42,341 bases of DNA from positions 1 through 42,341 of the forward strand of contig DATNGE010000197.1 of NCBI GenBank assembly GCA_035606035.1, read 5' to 3'. The notes below the pieces were generated by a model. That model made no database searches, was not told the DNA's origin, and saw nothing but the letters and a program-made list of their open reading frames with translations. Below are positions 34,642-42,341 of this stretch, in pieces. Each line of letters begins with the position of its first letter. Position 1 is the stretch's first letter. Origin of the DNA: Stellaceae bacterium. Lineage in GTDB: Bacteria > Pseudomonadota > Alphaproteobacteria > ATCC43930 > CGMCC-115725. Made by a program: the position numbers and the translations under genes.

Positions 34642-34713
34642 CGTTATGGCCGGGCGTCGATCCGCTCTTCGCGGCTCAACCCCGTGGATACCCGGCGCAA
34701 GGCCGGGCATGAC
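34642..34713. repeat. REP-like element (Rhizobiales 'VMPGLAPGIH'-type repeat) overlapping the permease start codon
   Basis: The sequence is cgttatggccgggcgtc...cgtggatacccggcgcaaggccgggcatgac. Its minus-strand translation ...VVMPGLAPGIH... matches a motif I recall from spurious ORFs laid over intergenic repeats in Rhizobiales genomes. Confidence 0.5.
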
Positions 34714-36418
34714 CACTAAAGGGTACAGTCTCAGCTCGATCCTCACCCTCGGCGCGGGGGCGGTCGCCGCGATCTATTTGATCTCGGCGCCGCTCGCGAT
34801 GCTGCTCGCGGCGGCATTCCGAGGCCCCGACGACATGCTGCCTTTCGAGCAGGGCGCGGTCTGGACCTGGGAGAATCTCGTCGCGGTTTATGGCGACCGC
34901 GCGCTCTATGTCAGCGTGATCCCGAACACGCTGATCTTCACCGCCGGCGCCGTCGCGCTCGGCTTCGCCACCGCTTTCATCCTCGCTTGGCTGACCGAGC
35001 GCTGCGATCTGCCGTTCCGCAACACGATCTTCGCGCTCATCCTCTTTCCGCTGCTCGTGCCGGGTGTCGTGCTGGCGATCGCCTGGATCTTCCTGCTCGG
35101 GCCGAATGCCGGCTGGGTCAATCTCGGTCTGCGCGATCTCTTCGGCCTGACAGGCGAGGGGCCGATCAACATCTTCTCGCTCTCCGGCATGATCGTCGCC
35201 CAAGCCGCGCTGCTGGTGCCGTTCATCTATCTACTGCTGACGGCGGTGTTCCGCACCATGAACCCGGCGCTCGAGGAAGCGGCGAGCATCGCCGGCGCGC
35301 CGCCGCGGTCCGTGTTCTGGCGCGTCACCCTGCCGGTGCTGCGGCCCGGCATCCTCGCGCCGCTCATTCTCGCGACCTTGATCGCGCTCGAGCAATTCGA
35401 GATGCCGCTGATCATCGGCCTGCCGGCGCGGATCAATGTCTTCTCGACGCGCATCTTTTACGAGCTCAATCCCGATACAAATCTGCCAGCCTACGGCCAC
35501 GCCGCAGCGGTGGCGCTGCCCTTTCTGATCGCCGGCCTGTTGCTCCTCATGCTCTACAACCGGCTGATCCGCAGCGCCGAGCGCTTTGTGACTGTAACCG
35601 GCAAGGCCTATCGGCCGGCGCGCTTCGAGCTTGGCGGCTGGACAGCGCCGGCGCTTGGCTTCGTCGCGCTCTATCTCGCTTTCGCCATGGCGCTGCCGAT
35701 CGCGGTGCTGCTCTGGACCAGCATCTTCGGCTATCGCCCGTTCAGCGGCGCGCTGCTCTCCTCGGCGAGCCTCGACGGTTATCGCCATCTCTTCGCTACG
35801 GGGGCTTTCTGGCTGGCGTTGCGCAACACCTTCCTCGTCGCCGGCGCGAGCGCCGCGATCGTCACGGTCATCGGCGCCTTGCTCGCCTGGATCGTCTTGC
35901 GCACGAAGCTGCCCGGCCGCGCCGTGCTCGACGTGCTGAGCTTCATGTCGATCGGCATCCCATCGGTGATCGCGGGTCTCGCGGCGCTGCTGCTTTACCT
36001 CTCGCTGCCGCTCGGGATCTACGGCACGGTCTGGGTGCTGGTGCTCGCTTATTCCTACCGCCTCGCCGTCGCGACGCGCTCGAGCCGCGCGGGACTCAGC
36101 CAGCTGCATCGCGAGCTGGAAGAAGCGGCCGCGGTCGCCGGTGCCGGCTGGATCGAGACGGCACGCCGCGTCGTGCTGCCGCTGCTCGCGCCCTCGCTGC
36201 TGGCAAGCTTCGTCCTGCTCTTCATCGTCGGCTTTCGCGAATTCACCATGCCGATCCTCCTGCAGAGCCAGGACAACCTCGTCTTGAGCGTCGTCCTCTG
36301 GAATCTGATGGTGGCCAATAGAAGTGCCGACGCCGCGGCGCTCGGCAGCCTCATCGTCATTTGCGTCGCGCCGGTCATCATCTTCGCGCGCCGCCTGCTG
36401 ACCGGCCGCACCGCCTGA
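34709..36418 (+). CDS. ABC transporter permease, fused double-domain (FbpB/iron(III)-type, about 12 TM)
   Basis: It is 569 aa with two repeated permease halves, each of about 6 TM. It follows the SBP gene. ATG is at 34709. Confidence 0.9.
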   Translation: MTTKGYSLSSILTLGAGAVAAIYLISAPLAMLLAAAFRGPDDMLPFEQGAVWTWENLVAVYGDRALYVSVIPNTLIFTAGAVALGFATAFILAWLTERCDLPFRNTIFALILFPLLVPGVVLAIAWIFLLGPNAGWVNLGLRDLFGLTGEGPINIFSLSGMIVAQAALLVPFIYLLLTAVFRTMNPALEEAASIAGAPPRSVFWRVTLPVLRPGILAPLILATLIALEQFEMPLIIGLPARINVFSTRIFYELNPDTNLPAYGHAAAVALPFLIAGLLLLMLYNRLIRSAERFVTVTGKAYRPARFELGGWTAPALGFVALYLAFAMALPIAVLLWTSIFGYRPFSGALLSSASLDGYRHLFATGAFWLALRNTFLVAGASAAIVTVIGALLAWIVLRTKLPGRAVLDVLSFMSIGIPSVIAGLAALLLYLSLPLGIYGTVWVLVLAYSYRLAVATRSSRAGLSQLHRELEEAAAVAGAGWIETARRVVLPLLAPSLLASFVLLFIVGFREFTMPILLQSQDNLVLSVVLWNLMVANRSADAAALGSLIVICVAPVIIFARRLLTGRTA

Positions 36419-36451
36419 GCTAAACTTCGCGCCAAAGAACTGGAGGTTTCC

Positions 36452-37639
36452 ATGCCGAAAAGTACGGATGAGAATGCCGGCAATGCCTATGGGCGCGCGC
36501 CGCAGACCTGGGATGCCGAGCTGACCGAGGTCGGGCCGGGCACGCCCTGCGGCGAATTCATGCGCCGCTATTGGCATCCGATCGCGCTTTCGGAAAATGT
36601 CGGGCCCACGCCGCAGAACATCCGCATCCTCGGCGAGGATCTCATCCTCTTCCGCGACCGCAAGGGCCGGCCGGGCCTGCTTTATCCGCGCTGCGCGCAC
36701 CGCGGCACGACGCTCTATTACGGCAAGGTCGAGGATGAAGGCATCCGCTGCTGCTATCACGGCTGGCTCTTCGACGTGAAAGGCCATTGCCTCGATCAGC
36801 CCTGCGAGCCCGAGGGCGGCAAGCACCGCGACAACGTGCGCCAGCCCTGGTATCCGGTGGAGGAGCTCTACGGCCTCGTCTGGGCCTATATGGGGCCGCC
36901 CGAGAAGAAGCCCGTGCTGACGCGCTGGGACACGCTCGAGACCGTCGGCCCCGACGAGATGATCCATGTGAGCGGCTCGAGCACCGGCGCCGGCGGCGAC
37001 GATACGGTCGAGATCGTGCCGACCAATTGGCTCAACGATTGGGAAAACATCATGGACCCGTTCCATGTCCCGATCCTCCACACCACCTTCAGCGGCGTGC
37101 AATTCGTTCCGGAATTCGGCGTGATGCCGACGGTGCGCTGGGAAGTGGCCGATCACGGCATGCGCTACATCGCCTATCGCAAGCTCGATGACGGGCGCGA
37201 GATGGACCGCATCACGCAGGCGCTGTTCCCGCATGCGCGCATCGTGCCCGATATCCGCATGACCGAAGGGCCGGCGAGCGGCGTCGGTTGGGTCGTGCCG
37301 GTGGACGATACGCATTTCCGGCTCTTTCACGCGCGCAAGGTGCCGAAGGACTTCAAGCCGGTCGAGATGCGCAATTACGACGGCCGCAAATGGTCGGAGC
37401 TGTCGGAGGAAGAGCATCAGCGCATCCCCGGCGATTGGGAGGCGCAGGTCGGGCAGGGGCCGATCAGCCTGCATTCCGAGGACACGCTCGTCACCAGCGA
37501 TCAGGGCGTGGCGCAGCTGCGCCGGTTCTTGCGCGAGCAGATCCGGACGGTGCAGGCGGGCGGCGATCCGCTGGGCGTGGCTTTCGACCCGGCGAAGGCC
37601 GTGGTCAAAGTCCAAGCCGGCAATTTCTTCAAGAAATAG
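36452..37639 (+). CDS. Rieske [2Fe-2S] aromatic-ring-hydroxylating oxygenase, alpha-subunit-like
   Basis: The Rieske motif is CAHRGTTLYYG...x...CCYHGW. ATG at 36452 follows TGGAGG. Confidence 0.9.
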   Translation: MPKSTDENAGNAYGRAPQTWDAELTEVGPGTPCGEFMRRYWHPIALSENVGPTPQNIRILGEDLILFRDRKGRPGLLYPRCAHRGTTLYYGKVEDEGIRCCYHGWLFDVKGHCLDQPCEPEGGKHRDNVRQPWYPVEELYGLVWAYMGPPEKKPVLTRWDTLETVGPDEMIHVSGSSTGAGGDDTVEIVPTNWLNDWENIMDPFHVPILHTTFSGVQFVPEFGVMPTVRWEVADHGMRYIAYRKLDDGREMDRITQALFPHARIVPDIRMTEGPASGVGWVVPVDDTHFRLFHARKVPKDFKPVEMRNYDGRKWSELSEEEHQRIPGDWEAQVGQGPISLHSEDTLVTSDQGVAQLRRFLREQIRTVQAGGDPLGVAFDPAKAVVKVQAGNFFKK

Positions 37640-37698
37640 CGGCGATGGAATCTCCGCGAATTCCGGATTTCAAGGTCCGGGACCGGGCTTAGCAGTTT

Positions 37699-37831
37699 CC
37701 CTCTCCGCGCGAAGCGGGGAGAGGGAGGGGCCCATTGCGAAGCAATGGGAGGGTGAGGTGTCTTTCGGCGCCACCCACCTCACCCGCTCGCTCCGCTCGC
37801 ACCCTCTCCCCCCGCAAGCGGGCGGAGAGGG
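37699..37831. repeat. cluster of four consecutive GC-rich hairpins (REP/RIME-like mosaic element)
   Basis: The stems are ccctctcc/ggagaggg (37699-37725), cccattgc/gcaatggg (37731-37749), gggtgaggtg/cacctcaccc (37751-37785) and ccctctcc/ggagaggg (37802-37831). Confidence 0.7.
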
Positions 37832-37861
37832 TTCGATGGTTTCAACGAGAAGAGGCAAGGC

Positions 37862-40189
37862 ATGGGTCAGTTCGGGATCGGCCAGGCGGTTCGCCGCACG
37901 GAGGATGTGCGCTTCATCACCGGCAAGGGGCGCTACACCGATGATGAAGCCGATCCGCGCCAGGCTTACGCCGTATTCCTGCGCTCGCCGCATGCCCATG
38001 CGCGCATCGAATCGATCGCGATCGATGCGGCCAAGCGCGCGCCAGGCGTGCTCGCGGTTTATACCGGCGCCGATATCGCCGCGGCGAAGCTCGGTACGAT
38101 CCAATGCGTGGCACCACTGAAGAATCGCGACGGCTCCAATTATTTCAATCCCGGCCGGCCGCTTCTGGCGCAGGGCAAGGTGCGCCATGTCGGCGATCCG
38201 GTCGCGCTCGTCATCGCCGAGAGTGTGAACGCGGCGAAGGATGCGGCCGAACTGATCGAGGTCGATTACGCGCCGCTGGCGGCGGTGATCGATCCTGCTG
38301 CTGCGGTCGCGGCTGGCGCGCCGGCGTTGTGGGATGAGGCACCCGGGAATGTCGCGCTCGATTGGAGCTTGGGGGATGCGCGGCCGGTCGAAGCGGCTTT
38401 CGCCAAGGCGGCGAAGATCGTCGCGCTCGATCTCGCGATCAACCGCACCGTGGTCGCGCCGCTCGAGCCGCGCGCCATTCTCGCCGCCTTTGATCCGGCG
38501 ACCGAGCGCTACACGCTCAACATCGGCACGCAAGGCGCTTTCGGCATGCGCAGCACGGTGGCGCAGCATTTGGGCATCAAGGACGCACAACTCCGCGTCA
38601 TCACCCGCGATGTCGGCGGCAGCTTCGGCATGAAGACCTTCGATTTCCCGGAGAACACGCTGCTGCCTTGGGCGGCGAAGCGCTTGGGCCGCCCGATCAA
38701 ATGGACCAGCGAGCGGCAGGAAGCGTTCCTCGCCGACACGCAAGGCCGCGAGCAGAAGGTCCATGCCGAGCTGGCGCTCGACCAGGACGGGCATTTCCTC
38801 GCGGTGCGCGCCGAGACCCTCGCCAATATGGGCGCCTATCTCTCGCAATTCTCGGTGTTCGTCGCGACCATGGCGGGGTTCCGGCTGCTGACCGGCGCCT
38901 ACCGTATCCCGGCGGCGGCAATCCGCGTGCGCACGGTCTTCACCAACACTGTCTGGGTCGACGCCTATCGCGGCGCGGGCCGGCCCGAATGCTCCTACAT
39001 CATCGAGCGCCTCGTCGATGCGGCGGCACGCGACACCGGTTTGGGCCGCGACGAGATCCGCCGGCGCAATCTCGTGCCGCCTTCGGCGATGCCTTATGCG
39101 ACGCCGCTGATCGCGGTCTATGACAGCGGCGATTTCCCGGCGAATTTGGAGCTCGGCTTGAAAGCCGCGGATTGGGCGGGCTTCGAGCGCCGCCGCGCCG
39201 AAGCGCGTGCGCGCGGCAAGCTCCTCGGCCTCGGCATCTCCTATTACATGGAAGTGACCGCGGCCATGCCGCAGGAAAAAGCCGATATCCAATTCTTGCC
39301 GACGGGCCGCGTGCGCTTGGGCGTCGGCACCGGCCCTTCAGGGCAAGGCCATGCCACGGCCTTTGCACAAATTCTCGCCGACCGGCTCGGCATCGATCTC
39401 GACCGCATCGATTTCGTCACCGGCGATACCGACGCGCTGAGCCAAGGCGGCGGCACCGGCGGCGCCAAATCGCTGCTGCTCGCCGGCACGGCGATCGTCG
39501 ATGGCGCCGAGAAGATCATCGCCAAGGGCAAGACGCTCGCCGGCCATTTCCTCGAAGCCGCCGAAGGCGATATCGAGTTCCGCGACGGGCGTTTTGCGAT
39601 CGCGGGCACGGACCGCGCGATCGACATCTTGGAGCTCGCGGCCAAGACGCGCGCGGCGAAGACGCTGCCGGCCGGCTTGCCCGCGACGCTCGATGATGCC
39701 GGGCTCAGCACCGGCAACAAGAACACCTTCCCCAACGGCACCCATCTCTGCGAGATCGAGATCGACGAGGAAACCGGCGCCGCGCGCATCTTGCGCTACA
39801 CCGTGGTCGATGATTTCGGCGTGCTGGTCAATCCGCTGATCGTCGAGGGGCAAATTCATGGCGGCATCGCCCAGGGCGCTGGGCAAGTGCTCTTGGAAGA
39901 CGCGCATTTCGATCCAGCTTCGGGCCAGCTCCTCTCGGGCTCGTTCCAGGATTACGCCATGCCGCGCGCCGATGATTTTTCAGGCTTCGACGTCACGTTT
40001 CACAACGTGCCCTGCGCGACCAATTTGCTCGGCATCAAGGGCGCGGGCGAGGCGGGGACGGTCGGCGCGCTCGGCGCCACCATGAACGCGGTTATGGATG
40101 CGCTCTCGCCGCTCGGGATCACGCAGCTTGATCTTCCGGCGACGCCGCAGCGCCTTTGGGCTGCCATTCAAAAGGCAAAAGCGGGTTAG
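37862..40189 (+). CDS. molybdopterin-binding large subunit of the xanthine dehydrogenase/CO dehydrogenase family (form-II CoxL-like)
   Basis: The N-terminus reads GIGQAVRRTEDVRFITGKGRYTDD. The active-site loop is VDAYRGAGRPEC (AYRGAGR, form-II type). Confidence 0.9.
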   Translation: MGQFGIGQAVRRTEDVRFITGKGRYTDDEADPRQAYAVFLRSPHAHARIESIAIDAAKRAPGVLAVYTGADIAAAKLGTIQCVAPLKNRDGSNYFNPGRPLLAQGKVRHVGDPVALVIAESVNAAKDAAELIEVDYAPLAAVIDPAAAVAAGAPALWDEAPGNVALDWSLGDARPVEAAFAKAAKIVALDLAINRTVVAPLEPRAILAAFDPATERYTLNIGTQGAFGMRSTVAQHLGIKDAQLRVITRDVGGSFGMKTFDFPENTLLPWAAKRLGRPIKWTSERQEAFLADTQGREQKVHAELALDQDGHFLAVRAETLANMGAYLSQFSVFVATMAGFRLLTGAYRIPAAAIRVRTVFTNTVWVDAYRGAGRPECSYIIERLVDAAARDTGLGRDEIRRRNLVPPSAMPYATPLIAVYDSGDFPANLELGLKAADWAGFERRRAEARARGKLLGLGISYYMEVTAAMPQEKADIQFLPTGRVRLGVGTGPSGQGHATAFAQILADRLGIDLDRIDFVTGDTDALSQGGGTGGAKSLLLAGTAIVDGAEKIIAKGKTLAGHFLEAAEGDIEFRDGRFAIAGTDRAIDILELAAKTRAAKTLPAGLPATLDDAGLSTGNKNTFPNGTHLCEIEIDEETGAARILRYTVVDDFGVLVNPLIVEGQIHGGIAQGAGQVLLEDAHFDPASGQLLSGSFQDYAMPRADDFSGFDVTFHNVPCATNLLGIKGAGEAGTVGALGATMNAVMDALSPLGITQLDLPATPQRLWAAIQKAKAG

Positions 40190-40218
40190 CGAGCAAGCAT
40201 CGATCTGGCTCATTCTAT

Positions 40219-40343
40219 GTCGTCATTGCCGGGCTTGACCCGGCAATCCATGGGACGACCCGTTCGCTCGCTCTGCGAGCGAACCCGAAGGGCGGGCCGC
40301 AAAGCGGCCACGCGGGTTGTCCGGGTCAAGCCCGCGGGTGACG
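40219..40343. repeat. composite REP/MITE-like element with several hairpins
   Basis: The stems are attgccggg/cccggcaat (40225-40247) inside gtcgtc/gacgac, gttcgctcgc/gcgagcgaac (40262-40284) and ggccgc/gcggcc (40295-40309). A distal inverted copy ccgggtcaagcccg of the first arm lies at 40321-40334. Confidence 0.6.
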
Positions 40344-40375
40344 ATAGGAGGGAACCGATCCGACCAGATCGGTCC

Positions 40376-41143
40376 TCAGGTTAGGCTATTCCCGCTCTCG
40401 CCCTCGACCTCGAGCCGGTCTAGCTTTTCGGGATAGAAGCAGAAATAGCCCTTGATCTGCGGGCAGTCCGGCAGCGGGTCGAGATAAGCCCAGACCGCGT
40501 CCTCGGCGATGCGCTCGCCGAGCTTGATCGACCAGTAGCTGGCATGGCCCTTGTAAGGACAGGTGGTGCGCCGGGAGGTCGCGATCAGGAGCCCGGCGCG
40601 CACATCCTGCGGCGGAATGTAATAGCGGGTCGGCAGATCGGTCTCGAACAAAAACATCGCGCGGCGGCTCAGCGCGATCGTCTCGCCCGCGAAAATCGCG
40701 CGGACCTCGCGCGAGCTCCGCCGCACATCGACGCGGTGGCGCGGATCGCGCGGATGGCCGAAGACTTCCTCGTCCTCCTCGAACCAATGATCGATTTTGT
40801 TGCGCTCGAAGGCGATGAAATCTTTGATCGCGCCTGCCCAGGACGGCGGATTGCGATGGCTCCATGCCGCGTCGTCGACGCGCTTGCCGGCGATCTCGAG
40901 CGTCCAATGCGTCGCCTCGCCGAGCGCGGCGGGCCTGCTGCGGCGATCGCTGGGTTTCAGACAATCGGCGCGCACATGCGCGGGCGGAAAGAAATAGGCC
41001 GGCAAATATCCGGGGCCGGCGACCACGACCGCATGCAGCGACTCCGCGACCGTCTCGCCATGGACGATCGCACGGACACGCTTGGCGCAGGGCTCGAAGC
41101 GCAGCGGATGCGCGTTGCCGCCGGATGATGATTGCGTCGCCAT
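40376..41143 (-). CDS. tandem DUF427-domain protein
   Basis: The C-terminal copy has YYIPPQDV...TTCPYKGHASYWS...AVWAY. The N-terminal copy is similar (YFFPPAHV...EATHWT...AAWSH) but lacks the CPYKG motif. Confidence 0.75.
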   Translation of the reverse strand: MATQSSSGGNAHPLRFEPCAKRVRAIVHGETVAESLHAVVVAGPGYLPAYFFPPAHVRADCLKPSDRRSRPAALGEATHWTLEIAGKRVDDAAWSHRNPPSWAGAIKDFIAFERNKIDHWFEEDEEVFGHPRDPRHRVDVRRSSREVRAIFAGETIALSRRAMFLFETDLPTRYYIPPQDVRAGLLIATSRRTTCPYKGHASYWSIKLGERIAEDAVWAYLDPLPDCPQIKGYFCFYPEKLDRLEVEGESGNSLT

Positions 41144-41234
41144 GATCGGCCTCGCGAAGCTGATGAAAGTGAACGCCTGCTTTTCCGCAGAGTTTCATCG
41201 CGCGCGGCGATTCCTCGCGCGCGCCCCAAACCGA

Positions 41235-41984
41235 TCACACGCCGGCGCGGCGGCGCAGCTCGGGATCGCGCGCATTGATGGCTTTGCCGTCGTAATCGCC
41301 GGCCTCGGGCCCCGCGAGAAACGCGAGGATGCGCGCGGTCTCTTCGGGCGGGCGCAGATCGGCGACATTGATGTTGCCGGCATTGCCCATGCGGTGGGCG
41401 CGGTTGAGGGCATTCATCTCGGTATCGACATAGCCGGGCGAGAAGGCGATGACGCGAATGCCGCGCCGCGCGCTCTCCTCGACCGCAAGAATCCGCGAGG
41501 CGATGGTGAGGCCCGCCTTGCTCGCGCAATAGGCGCTGCGGGCGAAGGACGCGCGCTCGGCGGCGCCCGAGGTCACGTTGATGACGACGCCGCCCCGGGG
41601 CAGGAGCGGCACCGCGTGATGCATCACAATGACCGGCGCGATGAGATTGACGGCCATGGCGCGCGCCCAGGCCGCCATATCGGCCTCGACGATCGGTGCG
41701 ATCGGCTCGAGCGTGCCGGCATTGTTGATGACGATGCCGATGCCGCCGAATGCGTCCTTGGCACGGCGCAGCGCCTGCTTCACCTCCGCCTCCTCGGCGA
41801 CATCGCAAGCGATCGCGAGCGCCTTGCCGCCGGCCGCGGCGATGCTCGCAGCCACCGCTTCGAGCAAGCCCCGGTTGCGCGCGATCAGCGCGACGGGATG
41901 ACCCTCATGGGCGAAATGCCGTGCCGCTGCGGCGCCGATGCCGCGGCTGGCGCCGGTGATGAAGACGGGGAGGGGTGTGGGCAT
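41235..41984 (-). CDS. SDR-family oxidoreductase
   Basis: It has ITGASRGIGAAAA and the catalytic YCASK. I prefer ATG at 41984 over the upstream extension in the ORF track. Confidence 0.9.
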   Translation of the reverse strand: MPTPLPVFITGASRGIGAAAARHFAHEGHPVALIARNRGLLEAVAASIAAAGGKALAIACDVAEEAEVKQALRRAKDAFGGIGIVINNAGTLEPIAPIVEADMAAWARAMAVNLIAPVIVMHHAVPLLPRGGVVINVTSGAAERASFARSAYCASKAGLTIASRILAVEESARRGIRVIAFSPGYVDTEMNALNRAHRMGNAGNINVADLRPPEETARILAFLAGPEAGDYDGKAINARDPELRRRAGV

Positions 41985-42090
41985 GACGCTTATCTCCGCT
42001 GATCCGTACGAGGACTTAGCACGAAGGCGCGATGGCGAAAAATTGTCGGGCGCCAAGAGAAGCGGATGTCGCTGGATATCGGCCGTGCGT

Positions 42091-42181
42091 CCCTCGACTT
42101 CGCTCGGGATGAGGCACTTTTCTTAATGCCATCACCAATCTCCCCTCACCCTGAGCGCGCGCGAAGCGCGCAGTCGAAGGG
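42091..42181. repeat. REP-like inverted repeat element
   Basis: The left arm ccctcgacttcgctcgggatgagg (42091-42114) pairs with the right arm cctcaccctgagcg[cgcgcgaagcgcgc]agtcgaaggg (42144-42181), which carries an insertion. Confidence 0.5.
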
Positions 42182-42341
42182 CGCAGGATGCTCTTGCAGC
42201 ATCATATGCGTTTGCCCGAGTGCTCGCCGCCATGGCGCTTGACGCGCTTGCCTGTGGCGGCGAAGGTGGCGGCGACAGATCCCATTTGATTCGAAGAGGG
42301 GCGCTCATGGCACTCGCGGAACACTCGGCACGGCCAACGCG

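Noticed and set aside
35231-37615. A 794-aa minus-strand ORF spanning the permease and the second Rieske oxygenase
   Set aside because: It is a shadow ORF with low-complexity Arg/Asp/Ala/His-rich translation. The plus strand carries two well-supported genes with ribosome-binding sites.
37670-39292. A 540-aa minus-strand ORF opposite the CoxL-like gene, plus similar long ORFs at 21326-23116(+), 22056-23120(-), 8515-10164(-), 9225-10322(+) and 28680-29984(+)
   Set aside because: All lie antisense to, or out of frame with, genes that have clear family motifs. Their compositions are typical of GC-rich non-coding frames.
42307-42341. A possible gene start (ATG at 42307 after GAAGAGGGG) at the right window edge
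   Set aside because: Only 11 codons are visible, which is too little to support a CDS call.

Overview
This is a high-GC chromosomal segment that looks alphaproteobacterial (Rhizobiales-like). It is densely coding and contains many antisense shadow ORFs. I found no transposase, integrase, CRISPR array or recognisable defence system.

Gene content from left to right:
- 1-4 kb: the 3' end of a class II aldolase gene, a small lower-GC two-gene islet beside tRNA-Met(CAT), a 5'-3' exonuclease, an SDR and xthA.
- 4-8.5 kb: two convergent paralogous orphan ABC substrate-binding proteins (SBPs), two small unknown ORFs and an amidohydrolase.
- 8.5-12.6 kb: a seven-gene Mrp-type cation/proton antiporter operon in Mbh-like order (E-F-G-MbhD-B-C-D).
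- 12.7-20 kb: a YihY/BrkB membrane protein, then an ECF sigma factor, a CheY-like receiver and a Cache-PAS histidine kinase, and a LuxR-type regulator.
- 20-23.1 kb: two unrecognisable ORFs downstream of a free-standing NRPS adenylation-thiolation (A-T) protein.
- 23.3-42 kb: a long catabolic block. It holds a UbiD decarboxylase, a Leu/Ile/Val-type SBP, a Tat-signal FMN alpha-hydroxy-acid oxidase, a frameshifted FAH-family gene, an extradiol-type VOC dioxygenase, two Rieske oxygenases, an amidohydrolase-2 decarboxylase, MarR, a 2OG-Fe(II) oxygenase, an SBP with a fused permease, an orphan form-II CoxL-like molybdoenzyme, a tandem DUF427 protein and an SDR.

The observations most worth a second look:
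- The orphan Leu-like A-T module and its unknown neighbours.
- The oxidase gene bracketed by a 75-bp relic copy of the FAH 3' end.
- The MarR gene, whose N-terminal third has no canonical start codon.
- A perfect 18-bp palindrome in a divergent promoter.
- Several families of REP-like hairpin elements.

All functional calls come from motif recognition by eye. No database searches were run.
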